NCBI GenBank assembly: GCA_965220745.1
Contig: CBDCQT010000011.1
Span: 320,001 to 384,000 of the forward strand
Source: Alphaproteobacteria bacterium
GTDB taxonomy: Bacteria > Pseudomonadota > Alphaproteobacteria > UBA828
Length of the DNA: 64,000 nucleotides
Direction: 5' to 3'
Positions 59,042-64,000 of this stretch are shown here, piece after piece (the stretch's first letter is position 1; each line of letters starts with the position of its first letter). The notes beneath the pieces are model-generated. The model did no database searches. It saw nothing but the letters and a program-made list of their open reading frames with translations, and was not told the DNA's origin. Both the position numbers and the translations under genes were made by a program.

Positions 59042-60460
59042 ATGACTGCGATACCAGGAAGCCTGGCCGAGGCGCTGCCTGACGTCGAACGCGTCCGTGA
59101 GGAGCATGCGAGGCTCTTCGAGGCGGGGGTCCGCTACGTCTTCTCCTGCTGGATCGACATGCACGGCCTGCCCAAGACGAAGCCGGTGCCGATCAGCGAC
59201 TTCGAGAACCTGTGCATGGGCAAGGGGCCGCAGTTCGCCGTGCACTCGATCTCCTTCGTGCCCGAGCTCGGCGCGGCAGACTCCGACCAGATCCCGGTGC
59301 CGGACCTCGACTCCTTGGTCATCTGCCCGTGGGATCGCACCTGCGCCTGGATGTTCGCCGACCTCTGGTGGGAGGACGCGCCCTACAACCTCTGCCCTCG
59401 TCTGGCGCTCAAGCGCGTCATCGACGACACCGCAGCGAAGGGATTTATGGGTTTCGCAGGCATCGAGCCCGAGTTCATCGTGATGCGCTGGCGCGACGGC
59501 CAGCCGGTCAAGGCCTTCGACAACGACCCGCTCCCCGGCGAAGGCGTGCGGCCGAGACGCCAGGCGTTCGGCTACGACATCGAGTACACGATCGATTCCA
59601 TGGGCTTCCTCGGCGCGGTCATCGACATCCTCGAGGACCTCGGCTGGGGGCTGAAGGATGTGGTCTGCGAGGGCGCCTACTCGCAGTTCGAGCTCGATTT
59701 CGGCTACACGGACCTCGTGGGCATGGCCGACCGGCTGGTGTTCCTGCGCGTGCTGCTGAAGGAGGTCGCCAAGCAACAGGGGCTCTTCGCCACCTACATG
59801 CCCAAGCCGACCACCGGCGACTGGCGCTCGGGCGCGCACATCAACTACTCGATGCAGCGGGTCGACAATCCGGGGGTGAACATCTTCGGCGATCACGACT
59901 CAGGTTGGTCGGATGCCGCGTACCACGCGATCGGCGGGCTGCTGCGCCATGGCGGCGCGCTCACCGCCCTCACTGCCACGACCGTCAACTCCTACAACGG
60001 GCTGGTGGCCCGCGTCGGCGGCTTCGAGGGCGGCACCGTGACCTGGGCGCCGACCCATATGACCTACGGCAACAACAATCGCTCCGCCATGCTGCGCATG
60101 CCGCAGAACCGGTACTGCATCGAGAACCGTGCGTCCGACCTGTGCATGAACCCGTACCTCGCCCTCGGCATGACCACTGCGGCGGCCGTCAAGGGCGTGA
60201 TGGAAAAGATCGACCCCGGCCCGCCGCTCAACAAGGACCTCTACGACCTCACCCACGAAGAAATTGTTGCAAGCGGTGGGCAGCGCCTGCCGCGGCATCT
60301 GCTGGAAGCAACGGAGATCTTGCGCGACGACCCGCTGGCGGCCGAGGTGCTCGGCTCTCAGATGATGACCTCTTGGTTGCGTTACAAGGTCGATGAGTGG
60401 GAGCGCTACCATCAGACGGTGACGGACTGGGAAGTGCAGGAGTATCTCCGGCTCTACTGA
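59042..60460 (+). CDS. Glutamine synthetase-like gamma-glutamyl-amine ligase (GlnT/GMAS-like)
   Basis: GIEPEF, SQFE, MPKP, SGAH, TWAP, NNRS, IENR..D...NPYL. Confidence 0.9.
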   Translation: MTAIPGSLAEALPDVERVREEHARLFEAGVRYVFSCWIDMHGLPKTKPVPISDFENLCMGKGPQFAVHSISFVPELGAADSDQIPVPDLDSLVICPWDRTCAWMFADLWWEDAPYNLCPRLALKRVIDDTAAKGFMGFAGIEPEFIVMRWRDGQPVKAFDNDPLPGEGVRPRRQAFGYDIEYTIDSMGFLGAVIDILEDLGWGLKDVVCEGAYSQFELDFGYTDLVGMADRLVFLRVLLKEVAKQQGLFATYMPKPTTGDWRSGAHINYSMQRVDNPGVNIFGDHDSGWSDAAYHAIGGLLRHGGALTALTATTVNSYNGLVARVGGFEGGTVTWAPTHMTYGNNNRSAMLRMPQNRYCIENRASDLCMNPYLALGMTTAAAVKGVMEKIDPGPPLNKDLYDLTHEEIVASGGQRLPRHLLEATEILRDDPLAAEVLGSQMMTSWLRYKVDEWERYHQTVTDWEVQEYLRLY

Positions 60461-60472
60461 GGGCCATTCGTC

Positions 60473-61489
60473 GTGGCAGCGAACCACGAGATATTCGAGC
60501 TCGGCGACGTAACCCTGCAATCCGGCGTCACGCTGCCGGGAGCCAAGCTCGCCTACAAGACATACGGCTCGCTGAACGCCCGTGGCGACAACGCGATCGT
60601 CATGCCCACATTTTACACGGGCACGCACGTCCGCAACGAGGGCTACGTCAGGGCGGTGCCGGCGCTCGATCCGGAGCGCTACTTCATCGTGTCGATCAAC
60701 ATGTTCGGCAACGGTCTCTCGTCCTCGCCGAGCAGCACACCGCCACCCTTCGACGGCCCACGCTTCCCCACAGTCACCCTCCACGACAACGTCGCCTGCC
60801 AGCACCGGCTGCTCACCGAGGCGCTGGGTGTCACGCACATCGCCCTCGTGCTCGGGTGGTCCATGGCCGGCTGCCAGTCCTATCAGTGGGGTGCACAGTA
60901 TCCCGATATGGTCGATGCCATCCTGCCCTTCTGCGCCTCGGCGCGGACCTCTCCGCACAACCAGGTGTTCCTCGAAGGGGTGAAGGCGGCGCTCCTGGCC
61001 GATAGCGCGTTCGCGGGCGGCGACTACGCCGCGCCGCCCGAGACGGGCCTCAGGGCGTTCGCACGGGTCTACGCGGGATGGGCGTACTCCCAGACCTTCT
61101 ATCGCGAGCGGCTGCACCGCGAACTCGGTTTCGAGACCTGGGAAGACCTGCTTCTCGACTGGGAGCGCGATCATCTCGAATGGGATGCCAACGACCTTCT
61201 GGCCAAGCTCCGCACCTGGCAGCTGGGCGACATCAGCGCCAACGCACGCTATGAGGGCGACTTCGAACAGGCCCTCGGTGCCATCCAGGCACGGGCGATC
61301 CTGGTTCCCTGCACGACCGATCTCTACTTCCCGCCCGAGGACAACGCCATCGAGGCCCGGCACATGCCCAACGCCGATCTTCGCCCCTTCGAATCGGCCT
61401 GGGGCCATTGCGCGGCATCGCCGAGCCGCGAAGGCAGCGACTTCATGCGATTCCTCAACCAGTGCGTCAGGGAGTTGCTCGCCGACTGA
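60473..61489 (+). CDS. Alpha/beta hydrolase, homoserine O-acetyltransferase-like
   Basis: LAYKTYGSLN, GNGLSSSPS, GWSMAG nucleophile elbow, TDLYF, WGH. Confidence 0.88.
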   Translation: MAANHEIFELGDVTLQSGVTLPGAKLAYKTYGSLNARGDNAIVMPTFYTGTHVRNEGYVRAVPALDPERYFIVSINMFGNGLSSSPSSTPPPFDGPRFPTVTLHDNVACQHRLLTEALGVTHIALVLGWSMAGCQSYQWGAQYPDMVDAILPFCASARTSPHNQVFLEGVKAALLADSAFAGGDYAAPPETGLRAFARVYAGWAYSQTFYRERLHRELGFETWEDLLLDWERDHLEWDANDLLAKLRTWQLGDISANARYEGDFEQALGAIQARAILVPCTTDLYFPPEDNAIEARHMPNADLRPFESAWGHCAASPSREGSDFMRFLNQCVRELLAD

Positions 61490-61644
61490 GCCCGTCCGCG
61501 TCGGCGACCGGATCGCGCGAGGCTTTCGTGGCCGCGTTTCCTTGCGGCACGTAGCGCGCTCTTGTAACTACCGCTCTCGCCAACCGGGAGAGCCGCAATG
61601 ACCCCACCCCACACCGACAAGGGCGAGAACGCTCGCGGACACGC

Positions 61645-63666
61645 ATGAGCGACGTGGTCCGGGTGGGGGTGGAGGTCGGCGGCACCTTCACCGATCTCGT
61701 CGCCTTTGAGAAAGACGGCGTGCGCATCACCAAGGTGCCGAGCACGCCGGCCGCGCCGCACCGCGGCGCCATCGCCGCACTCGATGAGTCGGGCCTCGCG
61801 CTGACCGCCGCCGGCGATCTCGTGCACGGCTCGACCGTCGCCACCAACGCGGTGCTGGAGCGCAAGGGCGCCAGGGTCGCGTTTTTCGCCACCGAAGGCT
61901 TCCGCGACCTGCTCACGCTGCAACGGCAGAGCCGGCGCTCCATCTACGACATCCACTACCGCAAGCCCGAGCCGGTGGTGCCGCGCCGCGATACCTTCGA
62001 GATTCCCGAGCGCATCGGGCCGGGCGGCGAGGTGGTCACCGCCCTCGACGAAGAGACGGCACGGCATCGTATTTCGCAGGCGTTGCAGGGCGACGGCTAT
62101 GAGTCCGTCGCGATCTGCTTCCTGAACAGCTACGCCAACCCGTCGCATGAACGGCGGGTGGCGGCGATGGTGGCCGAGCGCTTTCCCGAGGTCGGGATCA
62201 CCTGTTCCAGCGACGTGACCCGCGAGTTCCGCGAGTACGAGCGTGCTTCGACCACCACGCTCGCGGCCTACGTGCAGCCGGTCATCGACCGCTACTTGAG
62301 CGCGTTCGAGCACGCGCTGGACGATCGGGGGTTCGCGGGCCGCTTCAGCCTCATGCAGTCCAACGGCGGCAGGCTGCCGGCGCGTGGCATGGCCGGCAAC
62401 GCGATCACCTCGCTCTATTCGGGGCCGGCGGCGGGCGTGATGGGCGCGATCCGCCAGGCCGGGCGCTCGGGCTACCGCGACCTCATCACCTTCGACATGG
62501 GGGGCACCAGCACCGACGTGTGCCTGGTGCGGGGCGGGACGCCGGTGCTCACCAGCGACGCCGAGATCGACGGTCTCCCCATCCGCATTCCGGTACTCGA
62601 CATCGTAACTGTCGGCGCAGGCGGCGGCTCGATCGTCTGGCGCGACGACGGCAGCATGTTGCGGGTGGGCCCCCGCTCGGCCGGCGCCGAGCCCGGCCCC
62701 GCCTGCTACCGGCGCGGCGGCGCGGACCCCACGATCACCGACGCACACCTCGTGCGCGGCACCGTGCTCGCCGACACCTTCCTCGGCGGGCGCATGGATA
62801 TTGATCCCGAGCTTTCGCAAGGCGCCTTCGCGGCGTTGGCCGGGCAGTTCGGCCGCAGCGTGGAGCAGATCGCCGACGACGCGGTTCGGGTGGCCGAGCA
62901 CAACATCGTCCGCGCCATCCAGCTGGTCTCCACCGAGCGGGGCCGCGATCCGCGCGACTACGTTCTGGTTCCCTTCGGCGGCGCGGGGCCGCTGCACGCG
63001 GCGCGGGTTGCCGAGGTGCTGGGTATTGCCACCATCGTCATTCCGCCTGCGGCTGGCGTGCTTTCCGCCTTCGGCCTCGTCGCCTCGGACTTCGTGCGCT
63101 ACGAGAGCCGCACGGTGCGCTTCGCCCTCGACGAGGCGGGCGCTGCGGAGCGCGTGCGCGAGCAGTTCACCGCCATGCGGGCGGACGCGGAGGCGGCCTT
63201 CGCGGCGCTCGGCCTCACCAGCGGACTCCGCTACACCCATACGCTGGAGATGCGCTACGTCGGGCAGGCCTTCGAGGTGCCGATCCCGCTCGGCGAAGAG
63301 GAGATCGCGCGCCTCGACGCCGCGCTGCTGCGTGAGCGGTTCAACGAGGCCCACCACCGCATCTTCGAGTTCGACGATTCGCGCACCAACCGGCCTGAAA
63401 TTGTTTCCTTCCGGCTCGGCATCGCGTCGCCGCCGCCCGCCGTCCCCCCGCTCCTGGGCGCGGACGACGCCCCGCACGCAGCCACCGTCGCGCTCTTTGA
63501 CGACGGCGTGCACATTGAGGCCCGCCGGCTCAACCGCAGCGCCCTCGGCCGCGCGGGAGAGTGCGAGGGGCCGCTGCTCATCACGGACGACACGTCCACC
63601 GCCTACGTGCCGCCGGGATGGCGCGCTGGGGTGGACACGCACCATAATGTCATCCTGACGCGCTGA
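61645..63666 (+). CDS. Hydantoinase/oxoprolinase A subunit
   Basis: VGGTFTD, HGSTVATN, SGPAAG, DMGGTSTD, GAGGGS, FGGAGPLH. Confidence 0.94.
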   Translation: MSDVVRVGVEVGGTFTDLVAFEKDGVRITKVPSTPAAPHRGAIAALDESGLALTAAGDLVHGSTVATNAVLERKGARVAFFATEGFRDLLTLQRQSRRSIYDIHYRKPEPVVPRRDTFEIPERIGPGGEVVTALDEETARHRISQALQGDGYESVAICFLNSYANPSHERRVAAMVAERFPEVGITCSSDVTREFREYERASTTTLAAYVQPVIDRYLSAFEHALDDRGFAGRFSLMQSNGGRLPARGMAGNAITSLYSGPAAGVMGAIRQAGRSGYRDLITFDMGGTSTDVCLVRGGTPVLTSDAEIDGLPIRIPVLDIVTVGAGGGSIVWRDDGSMLRVGPRSAGAEPGPACYRRGGADPTITDAHLVRGTVLADTFLGGRMDIDPELSQGAFAALAGQFGRSVEQIADDAVRVAEHNIVRAIQLVSTERGRDPRDYVLVPFGGAGPLHAARVAEVLGIATIVIPPAAGVLSAFGLVASDFVRYESRTVRFALDEAGAAERVREQFTAMRADAEAAFAALGLTSGLRYTHTLEMRYVGQAFEVPIPLGEEEIARLDAALLRERFNEAHHRIFEFDDSRTNRPEIVSFRLGIASPPPAVPPLLGADDAPHAATVALFDDGVHIEARRLNRSALGRAGECEGPLLITDDTSTAYVPPGWRAGVDTHHNVILTR

Positions 63667-63705
63667 GCTCAGGACGACGCGCGAAGAGCCACGAGGGGCG
63701 GGCCC

Positions 63706-64000
63706 ATGGCGCTCGATCAGGTCGACCAGGCGATCATCTCCCAGGCCTTGATCGCCGCCGCGAAGGAAATGGGGATCAAGCTCGTGCGTTCGGCCTATTC
63801 GCCGATCGTGCGCGAGGCCAACGACTGCTCCGCCGCGCTGCTCGATGCCGAGGGCAGCGTGGTGAGCCAAGCGGAGCTCATCCCGATGCAGCTTGGCCCC
63901 ATCGGCACCACCTTCCGCCCCTGCGCCGAGCTCTATCCGCCCGAGACGCTGGAGCCCGGCGACTTTTACATCAACAACGACCCCTATAACGGCGGGCAGC
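63706..64000 (+). CDS. Hydantoinase B/oxoprolinase subunit (runs off window end)
   Basis: Manual translation: MALDQVD...EMGIKLVRSAYSPIVREANDCS...PGDFYINNDPYNGGQ. Confidence 0.92.
   Translation, partial: MALDQVDQAIISQALIAAAKEMGIKLVRSAYSPIVREANDCSAALLDAEGSVVSQAELIPMQLGPIGTTFRPCAELYPPETLEPGDFYINNDPYNGGQ

Noticed and set aside
61488-61565. Possible third copy of the multi-hairpin repeat (starts GAGCCCGTCCG at a stop codon)
   Set aside because: Similarity is limited to about 10 nt and the conserved internal blocks are absent.

Overview
High-GC alphaproteobacterial chromosome segment spanning the probable replication origin. It contains mnmE-mnmG-rsmG(parS)-parA-parB, rho, dcd, hemJ-hemH-hemE, then a DnaA-box/GANTC-rich intergenic region followed by the PPDK-regulator-maf-aroE-coaE-dnaQ block. 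Accessory content follows. (i) A low-GC three-gene cassette (RelE/HigB-like protein, HTH protein with a long C-terminal tail, DUF6941-like protein) flanked by imperfect inverted repeats; this is the best candidate for an undescribed toxin-antitoxin-chaperone-like system. (ii) A membrane ferric-reductase-Rieske / Rieske-FMN glutamate-synthase-like operon. (iii) Tandem BHMT-like methyltransferases with a desaturase and an XRE regulator. (iv) tupBCA, a polyamine-type ABC transporter, and a candidate amine catabolic locus (Ehu-like ABC, Rieske oxygenase, Lrp, GS-like ligase, MetX-like hydrolase, hydantoinase/oxoprolinase A/B). Non-coding highlights are two copies of a multi-hairpin repeat with a compensatory base-pair change, and an orphan 10-bp-periodic MraZ-type operator array. 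No rRNA, tRNA, CRISPR array, integrase or transposase was recognised. Family names come from motif recognition, not database searches.
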